Assembly: GCA_049967655.1 (NCBI GenBank)
Contig: JBMFSH010000012.1
Location: forward strand, 1 to 64,000
DNA: 64,000 nt
Direction of reading: 5' to 3'
Origin: Acidobacteriota bacterium
GTDB taxonomy: Bacteria > Acidobacteriota > UBA4820 > DSQY01
Of this stretch, positions 28,202 to 38,477 are shown piece after piece (within the stretch, counting starts at the first letter, position 1; the number at the start of each line of letters is the position of its first letter). The notes under the pieces were generated by a model. The model was not told where the DNA came from. It did no database searches and saw nothing but the letters and a program-made list of their open reading frames with translations. The translations under genes were made by a program, and so were the position numbers.

Positions 28202-29968
28202 CTATTTCTCTTTGACGGCGATCCCCAGTTCGTCGAGCTGCTTGGCCTCCACGGTGCCCGGAGAACCCGTCATCAGGCAGAGGCCCGAGGTGGTCTTGGG
28301 GAAGGGGATCACGTCGCGGATGGAGTCGCATCCCAGCAGGAGCATTACCAGGCGGTCGAATCCGAAGGCGATTCCCCCGTGGGGAGGGGTGCCGTAGCGG
28401 AAGGCGTCCAGGAGGAAGCCGAACTTCTCCTGGGCCTGCTTCTCCGAGAAGCCGAGGGCCTTGAACACCTTCCGCTGAACGTCGCCCCGGTGGATACGGA
28501 TGGAGCCGCCGCCGATCTCGTTGCCGTCCAGGACGAGGTCGTAGGCCAGCGCCTCCACCTTGCCGGGGTCGCTCTCCAGGAGCGGCCAGTGCTCCTCGCG
28601 AGGCATGGTGAAGGGGTGGTGGCGGGCCACCCACCGCGCCTCCTCGGGGCTCCACTCGAACATGGGGAAGCGGTGCACCCAGAGCAGGTCGTGGCGGCCC
28701 TTCTCCACGAGCCCCAAGGCCCCCGCGAAGTGGAGCCGGAGCGCGCTCAGACAGGCGCAGGCCGTGTCGTAGCCGTCCGCCACGAAGAGCCCCAGGTCTC
28801 CATCCTTGGCTCCGACGGCCTCCAGCATGGCCGCGGCGGGACCTTCGCCGATGTGCTTCAGGGCGGCGCCGGCGAGCACCCCCTCCCGGCGCATGAGGCT
28901 GACGACGCCCTTGCCACCGAAGGGCTTCACGATGCCGTTCAGCTCGTCGACCTGCTTCCGGGAAATCCCCGCCATGCCGGGCACGGCCAGGCCGCGCACG
29001 CAGCCGCCTGCCTCCAGCGCCCCCTTGAAGACGCCGAAGGCCGTCCCTCCGGCGATCTCCGAGACCGTCCGTAGCTCCAGGCCGAAGCGCGTGTCGGGCT
29101 TGTCGCAGCCGTACCGCTCCATGGCCTCGGCGTAGGTCAGCCGGGGGATGGACGAGGGCGGAGCGAGACCAGCCTCCTCGAAGAGGGCCGCCACCAGCCC
29201 CTCGGCCAGCGCCATGATGGCCTCCTCCGTGGGGAAGGACATCTCGATGTCGATCTGCGTGAACTCGAGCTGGCGGTCCGCTCGCAGGTCCTCGTCCCTG
29301 AAGCAGCGCACCACCTGGAAGTAGCGGTCGAAGCCCGCCACCATGCAGAGCTGCTTGAAAAGCTGGGGCGACTGGGGGAGCGCGTAGAAGGAGCCGGGCC
29401 TCAGGCGCGAGGGGACCAGGAAGTCGCGGGCCCCCTCCGGCGTGGACTTGGTCAGGAAGGGGGTCTCGATCTCGATGAAGCCCCGCTCGCTGAGGTACGA
29501 GCGCGTCCGCTGGGCCAGCCGGTGGCGGGCCACGATGCGGGCGTTCTGGAAGGGGCGCCGCAGGTCCAGGTACCGGTAGGCGAGGCGCATCTCCTCGCTC
29601 ACGAGCGCCTCGTCCTCCACCGCGAAGGGCGGCGTCTCGGCCTCGGCCAGGACCTCGATCTCCGAGACCTCCACCTCCACCGAGCCCGTCTCCATGTGGG
29701 GGTTCACGTCCTTCTCTCCGCGGGGTCGGACCGTTCCCCGCACCGCGATGACGTACTCGGGCCGCAGCTCCTTGGCCAGGGCGAAGGCGGCGGGGGTGCG
29801 GTCCTCGGAGAAGACGAGCTGGCAGATCCCCTCCCGGTCCCGCAGGTCGATGAAGACGAGGCTGCCCAGGTCCCGGCGGCGGCGGACCCATCCCTTCAGG
29901 ACCACCTCCTCCCCCACGTGGCTCTTCCGGACCAGGCCGGCGTAGAGGCTCCTCTCAGGCAGGCTCAT
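28202..29968 (-). CDS. aspS: Aspartate--tRNA ligase
   Basis: RRRDLG..FIDLRDREG, RYLDLRR, TPEGARDF, LPQSPQ, FRDEDLRADRQ.EFTQ, PPHGG.AFG.DR. Confidence 0.98.
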   Translation of the reverse strand: MSLPERSLYAGLVRKSHVGEEVVLKGWVRRRRDLGSLVFIDLRDREGICQLVFSEDRTPAAFALAKELRPEYVIAVRGTVRPRGEKDVNPHMETGSVEVEVSEIEVLAEAETPPFAVEDEALVSEEMRLAYRYLDLRRPFQNARIVARHRLAQRTRSYLSERGFIEIETPFLTKSTPEGARDFLVPSRLRPGSFYALPQSPQLFKQLCMVAGFDRYFQVVRCFRDEDLRADRQLEFTQIDIEMSFPTEEAIMALAEGLVAALFEEAGLAPPSSIPRLTYAEAMERYGCDKPDTRFGLELRTVSEIAGGTAFGVFKGALEAGGCVRGLAVPGMAGISRKQVDELNGIVKPFGGKGVVSLMRREGVLAGAALKHIGEGPAAAMLEAVGAKDGDLGLFVADGYDTACACLSALRLHFAGALGLVEKGRHDLLWVHRFPMFEWSPEEARWVARHHPFTMPREEHWPLLESDPGKVEALAYDLVLDGNEIGGGSIRIHRGDVQRKVFKALGFSEKQAQEKFGFLLDAFRYGTPPHGGIAFGFDRLVMLLLGCDSIRDVIPFPKTTSGLCLMTGSPGTVEAKQLDELGIAVKEK

Positions 29969-31215
29969 GCTCCCTCCTCCTCCGCCAAGCGGCGCGCCAG
30001 CTCTTCGCGGCTCAGCGCGGACTGCTCGCCCGTCGCCATGTTCTTCAGCGTGTAGCGCCCCGAACCGGCCTCCTCCTCCCCCAGCAGCACCACGAAGCGC
30101 ACGTTCATCCGGTCCGCCCGCTTGAGGGCCGACTTGAAGGAGCGGGCCGTGTGCTCCATCACCACGATGGCGCCCGCGGCCCTCAGATCCCGCGCCAGGG
30201 CGAGGGCGGCCTGGTAGGTCCCTCCGCCCGCCCAGGCGAGGTAGCTCCAGGGCAGGCGGGAGGCCGCCGGCTGCGGGAGGGCCATGAGGAGCCGCTCCAT
30301 GCCTAGGGCCCAGCCGAAGCCCGCGCAAGCCGGGCCGCCGATCTGCTCCAGGAGGCCGTCGTACCGCCCTCCCCCCAGCAGGGCATCCTGGGCGCCAAGG
30401 GCGCTGCTCGTCACCTCGAACACCGTTCGGGTGTAGTAGTCCAGCCCCCGCACCAGGCGGGGGCGAGGCACAAAGGGCACGCGGAGGATCTCCAGCGCCT
30501 CCCGCAGGGCGTCGTGGTGCTCGGCGCAGGACTCGCACAGGAAATCGGTGAAGTGCGGCGCCTTGTCCAGGTAGGGCTGGCAGGTGGGCACCTTGCAGTC
30601 CAGGACGCGCAGCGGGTTGGTCTCCAGGCGGCGGCGGCAGTCCCCGCACAGGTGATCCGCCGAGCCCGCCAGCTCCTCTTTCAAGGCGGAGACGTAGATG
30701 GGCCGGCAATTAGGGCAGCCTACGGAGTTGAGCTGGACGGAGAGTCCCATCACCCCCACAGCCCCCAGGAACTCCATCACCATGGCGATGGTCTCGGCGT
30801 CCACGCCCGGAGCGGGGTCGCCCAGGACCTCGGCGCCGATCTGGTGGAACTGCCGGTAGCGCCCCTTCTGGGGCCTCTCGTAGCGGAACTGCGGCCCGAC
30901 GTAGTAGAGCCGCCCGTGGAGGGGCGACTCGTAGAGCCGGTGCTCCACCACGGAGCGCGCCACGCCGGCCGTATTCTCGGGCCGCATGGTCAGGCTCCGC
31001 CCCTTCCGATCCTGGAAGGTGTACATCTCCTTGGTTACGATGTCGGTCTCGTCCCCGATACCCCGCACGAAGAGCTCCGTGGGCTCGAGGATCGGCGTCC
31101 GGATCTCCGTGAAGCCGTACCGCGCGAAGGTCTCCCGCGCCGCCCGCTCCACGGCCTGCCAGACCGTGATGTCCGGGAAGAGAAGGTCCTGTGTCCCCTT
31201 GACCGCTGAAATCAT
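29965..31215 (-). CDS. hisS: Histidine--tRNA ligase
   Basis: KEMYTF.D, RPENTA, FRYERPQKGRYRQFHQ, LVRGLDYY, GGRYD. Confidence 0.98.
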   Translation of the reverse strand: MISAVKGTQDLLFPDITVWQAVERAARETFARYGFTEIRTPILEPTELFVRGIGDETDIVTKEMYTFQDRKGRSLTMRPENTAGVARSVVEHRLYESPLHGRLYYVGPQFRYERPQKGRYRQFHQIGAEVLGDPAPGVDAETIAMVMEFLGAVGVMGLSVQLNSVGCPNCRPIYVSALKEELAGSADHLCGDCRRRLETNPLRVLDCKVPTCQPYLDKAPHFTDFLCESCAEHHDALREALEILRVPFVPRPRLVRGLDYYTRTVFEVTSSALGAQDALLGGGRYDGLLEQIGGPACAGFGWALGMERLLMALPQPAASRLPWSYLAWAGGGTYQAALALARDLRAAGAIVVMEHTARSFKSALKRADRMNVRFVVLLGEEEAGSGRYTLKNMATGEQSALSREELARRLAEEEGA

Positions 31216-31378
31216 GCGTCCTCCAGGGCCGTGATTGTACCATCCGGGCCGGTGCTCGCGCGACGATCGGATCCCTTTCCGCAGAGGCGGCAGGGGCGGG
31301 CCGGCCGCGGGGCGCCGAGCGGAAGAGCCCGCGGCCCGCGGCGGCTGACGTCGCGGAGGATCCGGCCCCGGCGGCGCA

Positions 31379-32659
31379 TCACCCCCAGGACAGCAAGCTC
31401 TCCAGGACCTGGAAGAAGTCCGGGAATGACTTCGCGACGCACGAAGGCTGGGAGATCCGTGTCCCAGAGATTCGCAGCCCCATGACGGCGAAGGCCATGG
31501 CCATGCGGTGGTCGCCGTGGGGGTCGAGGCGGGCCGGGCGGACGTCGCTGGCCGGCACGACGGTGAGGCGGTCCGATTCCACGAGCATGCTCCCCCCGAG
31601 GGCCGTGACGGCGTCCGCCAGCACCGCCAGCCGGTCGCTCTCCTTGAAGCGCAGGTGTCCGACCCCCGAAAGGACGGTGGGAGAGGGCGCGAAGAGGGCC
31701 ACGGCCACGAGGGGGGGCACCAGGTCCGGGCAATCGCGCACGTCGGCTTCCAGCCCGCGGGCGGGTTGGCCCTGTAGCTCCATACCCTTCCCCGATTCGG
31801 AAAGACGGCACCCCATCGCCTCGAGGTGGTCCGCGAAGGCGGCGTCGCCCTGGAGCATGCGCCGCCTCATCCCGGCCACCGTGACGTCGCCGCCGGTCAC
31901 GGCCGCGGCGGCCAGCAGAAAGGCCGCCGCCGAAGCGTCGGGCTCGATCTCCACCTCCGCCGCCCGGTAGGGGCCCGGCTCCACCTCCCACCACCCTCCG
32001 GCATCTTCGCGCACCTCGGCCCCAAAGCGGCTCATGAGGGCTACGGTCATGCGCGCGTAGGCCCCGGACACCAGATGGGACGCGCGGAGCCGGACGGGGC
32101 CCCGCGCCAGGGGGGCCGCCAGGAGCATGCCGGAGACGAACTGGCTGCTGACGGAGGAGTCCACCTCCATCGCCCCGCCCTCCCACCTCCGCCCTTCGAT
32201 GACCACCGGCGGGAAGCCCTCGCGGTCGGCGAAACGCAGCACCGCGCCCGTCCCGGCCAGCGCTCGGGCCAGGGGCTCGACGGGCCGGCGGCGCAGCTGT
32301 GAATCTCCATCCAGGGTGAAGCCGCCCTCCGAGGCGGCGCAGAGGGCCATGAGCAGGCGGAGGGTGGTGCCGCTGGCGGCGCAGTGGAGGGGCGAGCCCG
32401 GCGGAGAGAGGCAGCCGGAAGTTCCGCGGACCGTGAGGCGCTCGCCACCTTCGGTTCGGGCCCCCAGGGCCCGGATGCAGGCCAGCGTGGCCCGAACGTC
32501 CTGGGCATCGGGCACGGGGTGAATCCCGCTCTTCCCCTCGGCGAGGGCCCCAAGGATCAGCGCCCGGTGGGCGATGGATTTTGAGGCGGGGACGCGGGCC
32601 GTGCCGCGGGCCGTCCCGCCGCTCGGGACCGGGTAGGGATCGGAGATCTGGCTTCCCAT
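31379..32659 (-). CDS. aroA: 3-phosphoshikimate 1-carboxyvinyltransferase (EPSP synthase)
   Basis: PASKSIAHR, SGTTLR, SSQFVSG, LRFKESDR, DHRMAM, KSFPDF. Confidence 0.96.
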   Translation of the reverse strand: MGSQISDPYPVPSGGTARGTARVPASKSIAHRALILGALAEGKSGIHPVPDAQDVRATLACIRALGARTEGGERLTVRGTSGCLSPPGSPLHCAASGTTLRLLMALCAASEGGFTLDGDSQLRRRPVEPLARALAGTGAVLRFADREGFPPVVIEGRRWEGGAMEVDSSVSSQFVSGMLLAAPLARGPVRLRASHLVSGAYARMTVALMSRFGAEVREDAGGWWEVEPGPYRAAEVEIEPDASAAAFLLAAAAVTGGDVTVAGMRRRMLQGDAAFADHLEAMGCRLSESGKGMELQGQPARGLEADVRDCPDLVPPLVAVALFAPSPTVLSGVGHLRFKESDRLAVLADAVTALGGSMLVESDRLTVVPASDVRPARLDPHGDHRMAMAFAVMGLRISGTRISQPSCVAKSFPDFFQVLESLLSWG

Positions 32660-32756
32660 GAACCGCCCTCGCCACTCCCCCGCCGCCGTGCCGGATCAGC
32701 GGGGGATGAGGCGCAAGGGGGAGCGCTGCCCGCCGTCCTTCCCCGGCTCCCCGGCC

Positions 32757-33230
32757 CTACCTCTCCCTCATGGCTCGCTCGGTTTCGCGGGCGATGTCGC
32801 GCTCCTTGAGGGCCTCCTTCTTGTCGTAGGTCTTCTTGCCCCGCCCCAGGCCCAGCTCCACCTTGATGGAGCCGCGGCTGAGGTAGACCCTGAGCGGAAC
32901 CAGCGTCAGCCCCTTCTCCTCCACCCTTCCCTTGAGCTTCAGGATCTCCTTCTTGTGCATGAGGAGCTTGCGCTTGCGGAGCGGGTCCACGGGGGCCAGG
33001 GCCTCGTGCGTGTGGTAGCTATAGGGGGAGATGTGGCATTGGTAGAGCCAGAGCTCCCCGCCCTCCACCATGGCGTAGGCGTCCTTCAACTGGACGTGGC
33101 CCGCGCGGATGGACTTCACCTCGGGGCCCAGGAGCACCATGCCCGCCTCGAACTTGTCGAGGATCTCGTAGAGGTGGAAGGCCTGCCGGTTGCGCGAGAT
33201 GTCCCGCTGAGCCTCGGTGCGCTCGCTCAT
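32757..33230 (-). CDS. smpB: SsrA-binding protein
   Basis: NRQA...Y, EAG..L.G.EVKSIR, RKRKLLMHK, GKK.YDK. Confidence 0.97.
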   Translation of the reverse strand: MSERTEAQRDISRNRQAFHLYEILDKFEAGMVLLGPEVKSIRAGHVQLKDAYAMVEGGELWLYQCHISPYSYHTHEALAPVDPLRKRKLLMHKKEILKLKGRVEEKGLTLVPLRVYLSRGSIKVELGLGRGKKTYDKKEALKERDIARETERAMRER

Positions 33231-33484
33231 GGGCCCTCGGGATCCTGGGACGGCGGCAGGTGCCGCATGACCGCGTCCTTGAAGGAGGCCGGCACGCCGA
33301 TGTTGGGCAGGCTCTCGAGGGTCTCCACCAGCCCCCGCATGGCCTCGTACTCCGCCAGGCAGGAGGGGCAGGCGGCCAGGTGGAGCCGGATCTCCTCGGC
33401 CTCCTCCGGCGTGAAGTCGTTCTCGATGAAGCGGGGAAGCAGCGCCAGGACTTTCAGACAGCGAGTGCTGGTTTTGTCCGTCAC
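33227..33484 (-). CDS. Zinc-finger (zf-HC2) anti-sigma factor, soluble
   Basis: H...C..C motif (HLAACPSC); directly follows the ECF sigma gene; no TM segment. Confidence 0.88.
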   Translation of the reverse strand: MTDKTSTRCLKVLALLPRFIENDFTPEEAEEIRLHLAACPSCLAEYEAMRGLVETLESLPNIGVPASFKDAVMRHLPPSQDPEGP

Positions 33485-33503
33485 CGTCCCACCTCCAACG
33501 GGG

Positions 33504-34079
33504 CTAGCGATAGTCCTTGAGCCGCTCCATGAGGAGCTGGCGGGCCCTGAAAATCCGATTTTTAACGGTCCCGATCGGCAGTCCGGTGATCTTCGCCATC
33601 TCCTCGTAGGAGCGGAAGTTGAAGTGCCTGAGCAGGATGAGCTCCCTATAGGAGGGAGGCAGCTCCTCCAGGGCCTTCGTGACTTCGGAGAGGATCACTT
33701 GGTTGCGATACGCCTCCTGGGGATTCAAAGTTGCGCTCTCCAGGGGCAGTTCTCGGTGGTCGGGGTCCTCCTGCCGCTCCTGGATGGAGAGGGTGGTCAT
33801 CTTCTGGCGCCTCAAGTAGTCGATGGTGTGGTTGCTCGCGATCTTGTAGAGCCAGGTGGAGAATTTGTACTGCCCGTCGTATCGGTCGAGGCTCCCGTAG
33901 GCCTTCAGGAAGACCTCCTGGCACAGTTCGAGGGCCTCCTCATAGCGGTGGACCATGTGGTAGATGTAGTTCACCAGCCCCTTCTGGTAGCGCTCCACCA
34001 GCAGCGCGAAGGCCTCCCGGTCCCCCTCCAGGACCTCCTTCACCACCTCCGCATCGGTCAGGACCCGCTGGGCCTCCAT
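33504..34079 (-). CDS. ECF RNA polymerase sigma factor (SigW/RpoE-like)
   Basis: GDREAF, QEVFLKAY, FSTWLYKIA.N, SYEE.A....PIGTVKNRIFRAR. Confidence 0.95.
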   Translation of the reverse strand: MEAQRVLTDAEVVKEVLEGDREAFALLVERYQKGLVNYIYHMVHRYEEALELCQEVFLKAYGSLDRYDGQYKFSTWLYKIASNHTIDYLRRQKMTTLSIQERQEDPDHRELPLESATLNPQEAYRNQVILSEVTKALEELPPSYRELILLRHFNFRSYEEMAKITGLPIGTVKNRIFRARQLLMERLKDYR

Positions 34080-34337
34080 CGCCCCTCCGCCAGCATTCTA
34101 GGAGCAGGGTCGCACCCTGGCAAGCGGTCGGGCTCACCGCCGCCCCCCTGCACGGCCGTCCAAAAGAATTTCAGCCCACATCTGAAGTTTTTGCCTTCCG
34201 GAGCGAAGCGGAGGAAGGCGCGTTCCGGCGCCGGCAGGCATCTTCGTATCCGGGCTTGCGCGGATTCGTGCGGGGTGCCATAGAATGGGGGACGCAGTGC
34301 ATCCTGCGAGAGGGCAGGCCCACACCAGGAGGCGTCC

Positions 34338-34757
34338 ATGAAGTCGCACCGGGAGACCCTGACCATCGAGACGCCCACCCGGCGGGCCTTCCTCAACATC
34401 ACGGACCGGGTCCAGGCCGCCGTGGCGGCCAGCGGAATCCGCGAGGGGCTGTGCCTGGTCAACGCCATGCACATCACCGCCAGCGTCTTCATCAACGACG
34501 ACGAATCCGGGCTCCACCAGGACTACGAGGAGTGGCTCGAGGGGCTGGCCCCGCACGAGCCCGTGAGCCGGTACCGGCACAACCGCACGGGAGAGGACAA
34601 CGGCGACGCCCACCTCAAGCGGCAGGTCATGGGCCGCGAGGTGGTGGTGGCCGTCACGGGCGGGCGGCTGGACTTCGGCCCTTGGGAGCAGATCTTCTAC
34701 GGCGAGTTCGACGGGCGCCGGCCCAAGCGGGTGCTCATCAAGATCATCGGAGAGTAG
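34338..34757 (+). CDS. yjbQ: YjbQ (UPF0047) family protein
   Basis: HITAS...ND, Y.H...[23 protein letters not shown]. Confidence 0.93.
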   Translation: MKSHRETLTIETPTRRAFLNITDRVQAAVAASGIREGLCLVNAMHITASVFINDDESGLHQDYEEWLEGLAPHEPVSRYRHNRTGEDNGDAHLKRQVMGREVVVAVTGGRLDFGPWEQIFYGEFDGRRPKRVLIKIIGE

Positions 34758-34763
34758 CGGGGC

Positions 34764-35228
34764 ATGGCGCGAGAATCCAGGAGACACCCGGGCAGAAAGC
34801 GGGAGCGGAAGCTCACCCGCTTCAGCATGAGCCGCAAGAGCGAGGTGGCTCTGGCCGCCGTGGGCGTTTTCGTCATCGCCCTGGTGCTGGGCTTTCTGTG
34901 GCTCATCCTGTCACCCCTCTGGCTCAAGCCCGGCCCCGCCGAGGTGGCCGCGCGGCAGGTCGCCCTGGAGCGCGACGCCCAGGTGTGGCGGGAGGCCAGG
35001 GAGAGCGGACTCCTGCTGAAGGTTCAGCAGGACCGCCAGGAGCTCTTCGTGGACGCGGCCAAATGGAACGCCCTGCTGCCCACCGAGCACGCGCCGCGGG
35101 TCGCGGCCATCGCCGCCCATCTGGGCTGGGACTGGGCCTTCATCTTCGACGCCTCCACCGGCCGGCAGCTGGGCTGGTACGTGAAGGACAAGGGCTACCA
35201 CTCCACGCCCAATTCTTCCCCTCGCTAG
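34764..35228 (+). CDS. Hypothetical single-TM membrane protein
   Basis: One hydrophobic segment; coding-like codon usage; start could be 34827. Confidence 0.7.
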   Translation: MARESRRHPGRKRERKLTRFSMSRKSEVALAAVGVFVIALVLGFLWLILSPLWLKPGPAEVAARQVALERDAQVWREARESGLLLKVQQDRQELFVDAAKWNALLPTEHAPRVAAIAAHLGWDWAFIFDASTGRQLGWYVKDKGYHSTPNSSPR

Positions 35229-35842
35229 GGGTCGGCGGGAGGGCTCGCGCCGGCGCGGCCGAAGCTCTCCGCCCCCAGGCGCCGGGCCTCCGCGAGGTAG
35301 CCCCGGCGGGCGGCCTCATCCGCCGCCGCCAGGCCGTGAAAGACCACGTGCCTCACCTGCCCCACCCCGCAGAGCCGCAGGGTCCAGTCATCCAGGAGGC
35401 GCTCCAGGGGCTTCTGGAATCCGAAGGCCTCGTACTGCAGCGCGCTGGCGCCGGCGGTGTTGAGGACGAGGGCCCTGGAGTGGCGCAGGAGCCCCTCCAC
35501 CCGGCCGTCCGGCTTGAACCGGAAGGCGAACCCCTCGAAGAAGACGCGGTCGAAGAAGCCCTTCATCTCGGCCGGCATGGAGAACCACCAGATGGGAAAG
35601 ACGAAGGCCAGCCCCTCGGCGCGCAGGACCCGCTCGCGGTAGCCGGCCACGTCGGGGGGAACGGAGCCCGCCCCGTAGAGCGCGAGGTCCTCCTCCGTGA
35701 GCGCCGGCCGGAAGCCCTCGGCGTAGAGATCGGCCAGATCCGGATCGTGGCCCGCCTCGCGGAGCCCGGCCAGGAGCGCCGCCGCCACGGCGGCGTTGAA
35801 GGAGTCCCGCCTGGGGTGGGCCAGCACCACGAGGATGCGCAC
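35225..35842 (-). CDS. NAD(P)H-dependent quinone oxidoreductase (flavodoxin-like fold)
   Basis: AHP...SFN, DLY...F.P, FPIWWFSMPA..KG.FDR. Confidence 0.92.
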   Translation of the reverse strand: MRILVVLAHPRRDSFNAAVAAALLAGLREAGHDPDLADLYAEGFRPALTEEDLALYGAGSVPPDVAGYRERVLRAEGLAFVFPIWWFSMPAEMKGFFDRVFFEGFAFRFKPDGRVEGLLRHSRALVLNTAGASALQYEAFGFQKPLERLLDDWTLRLCGVGQVRHVVFHGLAAADEAARRGYLAEARRLGAESFGRAGASPPADP

Positions 35843-35845
35843 GCC

Positions 35846-36364
35846 CTAGCCGCCCTGAAAGGCGTCCGAAACCCAGACCAGGAGCACCTCGCCCAGGAAG
35901 ACCCGGTGGTAGTCCCGGTCCTGGTAGTGCCCCTCCAGCCCCGAATCGAGGAAGTGGCCGGGGTCCAGGTCCATGTTGGCCAGGATGCGGCACTCGAAGG
36001 AGAGGTCGGCCCCCTCCACCCTCGGCACCGCCACGCGCTCGGAGGGCAGGGGCTTCAGCCCGGCCGCGGACCACTTGTCCACGTCGCGGCCCGAGAGTGA
36101 GCCGCAGAGGTTCAGGGCCTCCCGCCGCTCGGGCGGCAGCACGTTCAGCGTGAACTCGGGCTGGCTCGCCAGCCGGGTGAAGGTGTGGCGGGTGGGCCGC
36201 ACGTAGACGGTGACCACCGGGCGGTTCCAGAGGGTCCCGAAGCCGCCCCACGAGACGGTCATGGGGTTGGGGTTCTGCGCCCCCGCCACCAGAAGGGCCC
36301 AGCGCTTGTCCAGGATGTGGAAGGGCCTCAGGGTCAACTCCTCGGGTTTCACGACGCGCATCAT
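35846..36364 (-). CDS. Flavin reductase-like protein
   Basis: NPMTVSWGG.G.LW, VRPTRHT, CGS.SGRD.DK, H..F.GEV. Confidence 0.9.
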   Translation of the reverse strand: MMRVVKPEELTLRPFHILDKRWALLVAGAQNPNPMTVSWGGFGTLWNRPVVTVYVRPTRHTFTRLASQPEFTLNVLPPERREALNLCGSLSGRDVDKWSAAGLKPLPSERVAVPRVEGADLSFECRILANMDLDPGHFLDSGLEGHYQDRDYHRVFLGEVLLVWVSDAFQGG

Positions 36365-36405
36365 CACCTCCGTGGCTCCAACAACGCCTCGGCCCGTCAC
36401 TCCAT

Positions 36406-36981
36406 TCACCGCGCGGCGGAGACCGAGGTCTCCGCCCTGGGAGGGACGTACTTCCGCATGGCCTTGGCGATCTCCTTCACACAGACCCGGGCCGCTTGCT
36501 CGGGCGTCGCCACGAAGAAGCCGGCGAGCGACCAGCGGCCCCGAAAACGGTAGTCGGCCGACCAGAGGGCCTTGCCGGCCGGGTCCTTGATCACGACGCT
36601 CATGGTGGCATCCAGCCAGCGCCGCGAGGCCGGCGGCCCCGCCTCCGCCGTCGGCTGGCTGGAGGGCCCGGTGGACGGGACGGCTGTGCTCTCCGAACCG
36701 TCGGGCAAGGAGGTGGCCAGCCCGGCGGAGCTGTGGAAGACCACCTGCACCTCGCCCTGGGCTCCGCTGCCCCCGATGGGCAGGTAGGGCTGAAAGGCCT
36801 GGACGACCATGAGGCGGATGGGCACCTCCAGCTCGGGCGAGTCGGTCTGCACCTGCAACCGGTAGCCGCCCAGGGTCTCCAGCGCGTGCAGGTCCTTCAC
36901 CGGCCCCGTCTTCATCTGGGAGCAGCCGGCCGCGAGCAACAGGCCGAGCACGGCGGCCCACCTCGCCACCGCGGGTTTCAT
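36406..36981 (-). CDS. Putative lipoprotein
   Basis: Signal peptide with lipobox LAAGC; start overlaps the patatin stop. Confidence 0.72.
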   Translation of the reverse strand: MKPAVARWAAVLGLLLAAGCSQMKTGPVKDLHALETLGGYRLQVQTDSPELEVPIRLMVVQAFQPYLPIGGSGAQGEVQVVFHSSAGLATSLPDGSESTAVPSTGPSSQPTAEAGPPASRRWLDATMSVVIKDPAGKALWSADYRFRGRWSLAGFFVATPEQAARVCVKEIAKAMRKYVPPRAETSVSAAR

Positions 36982-37961
36982 GGCGTCCGCCCGGCGCCCG
37001 CCTCGGGCGCGGAGGGGTCGACCGGAACGAGGCGCGTCTTGGCGGCGATGGCCGCCCGGATCTCCGGCAGGAGCTGCCGGGTCGCCGCTTCGCCCGCCTC
37101 CATGAGCCGCTTCTTCTGGGTGAAGTCGTCGAAGGCCACGCCCGAGACGTCGGGCCGGATGACCACGTCGGCCTCCCGCAGGCGGCACTGGGTGATCTGC
37201 TCCTGCATGATGGCCACCCCTTGGTAGGCCACTTCCAGGGCGTTGCCGGGGGCCTTCAGGGGGAGCCCCCGGGGGATGGCCACGGCGATGACCACGCCGG
37301 CCCCGAGCTGCCGGGCCACGTCGGCGGGGACCGGGTCCACTACCCCGCCGTCCACGTAGGTGGCCTCCCCGATCTGAACGGGGACGAAGACTCCCGGAAT
37401 GGCGCAGGAGGCATGGACGGCCCGGGCCACCGACCCCCGCTGAAACACGATGGGCCTTCCCGTGGACAGATCCACGGCCACGGCGGCGAAGGGCACCTTC
37501 ATCTCCTCGATGTTGGCGTGTTTCAGGTGGGTGCGGAGGAAGGACTCCAGCCCCTGGCCCTGGACCAAGCCGCCGGAAAAGAAGGAGAGGGCGCTGTAGT
37601 CGAAGAGGTCCGACTCCTTCACGGCCACGGCCATGAACTCGGCGTCGAGCACCCGGCCCGAATCGGCGTACATGGCGCCCACGAGGCTGCCCACGGAGGT
37701 TCCCACCACCAGGTCGACGGGGATCTTCTCCTGCTCCAGCACGCGCAGGACGCCGATCTCGGCGAAGCCCCGGGCGCCGCCGCCGCCGAGGGCGAGGCCC
37801 ACCTTGGGCGGGACGCTCCGCATGGCCTGCGGCGGCTGGGCCACGGGCGGCCGCGCGGGGGCGCAGCCGAGGGGCAGGAGGAGGAGCACGGTGAGGAGGA
37901 GCGCGCCCGTCGCGGGCGAGTCCGTTCGCGAAGGCGCGGGGCGTGTCTCGGGCAGGTGCAT
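36978..37961 (-). CDS. Patatin-like phospholipase (probable lipoprotein)
   Basis: GGGGARG, GTSVG nucleophile elbow, DGG; lipobox-like LPLGC. Confidence 0.93.
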   Translation of the reverse strand: MHLPETRPAPSRTDSPATGALLLTVLLLLPLGCAPARPPVAQPPQAMRSVPPKVGLALGGGGARGFAEIGVLRVLEQEKIPVDLVVGTSVGSLVGAMYADSGRVLDAEFMAVAVKESDLFDYSALSFFSGGLVQGQGLESFLRTHLKHANIEEMKVPFAAVAVDLSTGRPIVFQRGSVARAVHASCAIPGVFVPVQIGEATYVDGGVVDPVPADVARQLGAGVVIAVAIPRGLPLKAPGNALEVAYQGVAIMQEQITQCRLREADVVIRPDVSGVAFDDFTQKKRLMEAGEAATRQLLPEIRAAIAAKTRLVPVDPSAPEAGAGRTP

Positions 37962-38055
37962 GGGCGGATCCCTCCGGGTGAGGGGCCCTTCTCCCCCGGC
38001 CTGAAGGCGCGGCACGAAGAGCCCCACCCGAGTGTAGGAAGGTGGAGGGCGGGAG

Positions 38056-38475
38056 TCAAACGGAGGGAGGTGCGCCGCCCAACTCGAAAAGGCGCCTGAC
38101 CTCGGAGGGGGTCACGGGGCTCACGGAGAGGCGCGACTGCCGGAGAAGCACCATGCCGCCCAGGGCCGGGTCGGCCCGCATGGCCGCCAGATCCACGGGG
38201 CGCGGAAGCGGGCTCACCGGCTCCAGGTCCACGCAGGCCCAATCGCCCGCTTCGGCCGTCGGGTCCGGGTAGGCCTCCCGCGCCACCTTCGCCGTTCCCA
38301 CCACGCTCCGCTCCCCGCCCGAGTGGTAGAAGAGGCAAAGCTCCCCCTCCCGCATGGCGCGCAGGTGGTTGCGGGCCTGGAAGTTGCGCACGCCGGTCCA
38401 GGCCGTGCGCCCCTCGCGCACAAGATCGTGCCAACCGTACTCCTCGGGATCGCTCTTGAGAAGCCAGAAAGCCAT
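38056..38475 (-). CDS. EVE domain protein
   Basis: WLLKSDP, WTGVRNFQARN, FYHS, RLSV.PV. Confidence 0.93.
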   Translation of the reverse strand: MAFWLLKSDPEEYGWHDLVREGRTAWTGVRNFQARNHLRAMREGELCLFYHSGGERSVVGTAKVAREAYPDPTAEAGDWACVDLEPVSPLPRPVDLAAMRADPALGGMVLLRQSRLSVSPVTPSEVRRLFELGGAPPSV

Positions 38476-38477
38476 GC

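Noticed and set aside
28202..30709. 835 aa AspS with a long N-terminal extension (similarly extended rplU, mtaB and map ORFs)
   Set aside because: ORF-caller artefact; the true starts are internal, with SD sequences or stop-start overlaps.
36978..38475. Patatin plus EVE as a CBASS-like or modified-DNA defence module
   Set aside because: The patatin is an exported RssA/NTE-type lipoprotein, there is no cyclase, and the context is housekeeping redox genes with host-like GC.
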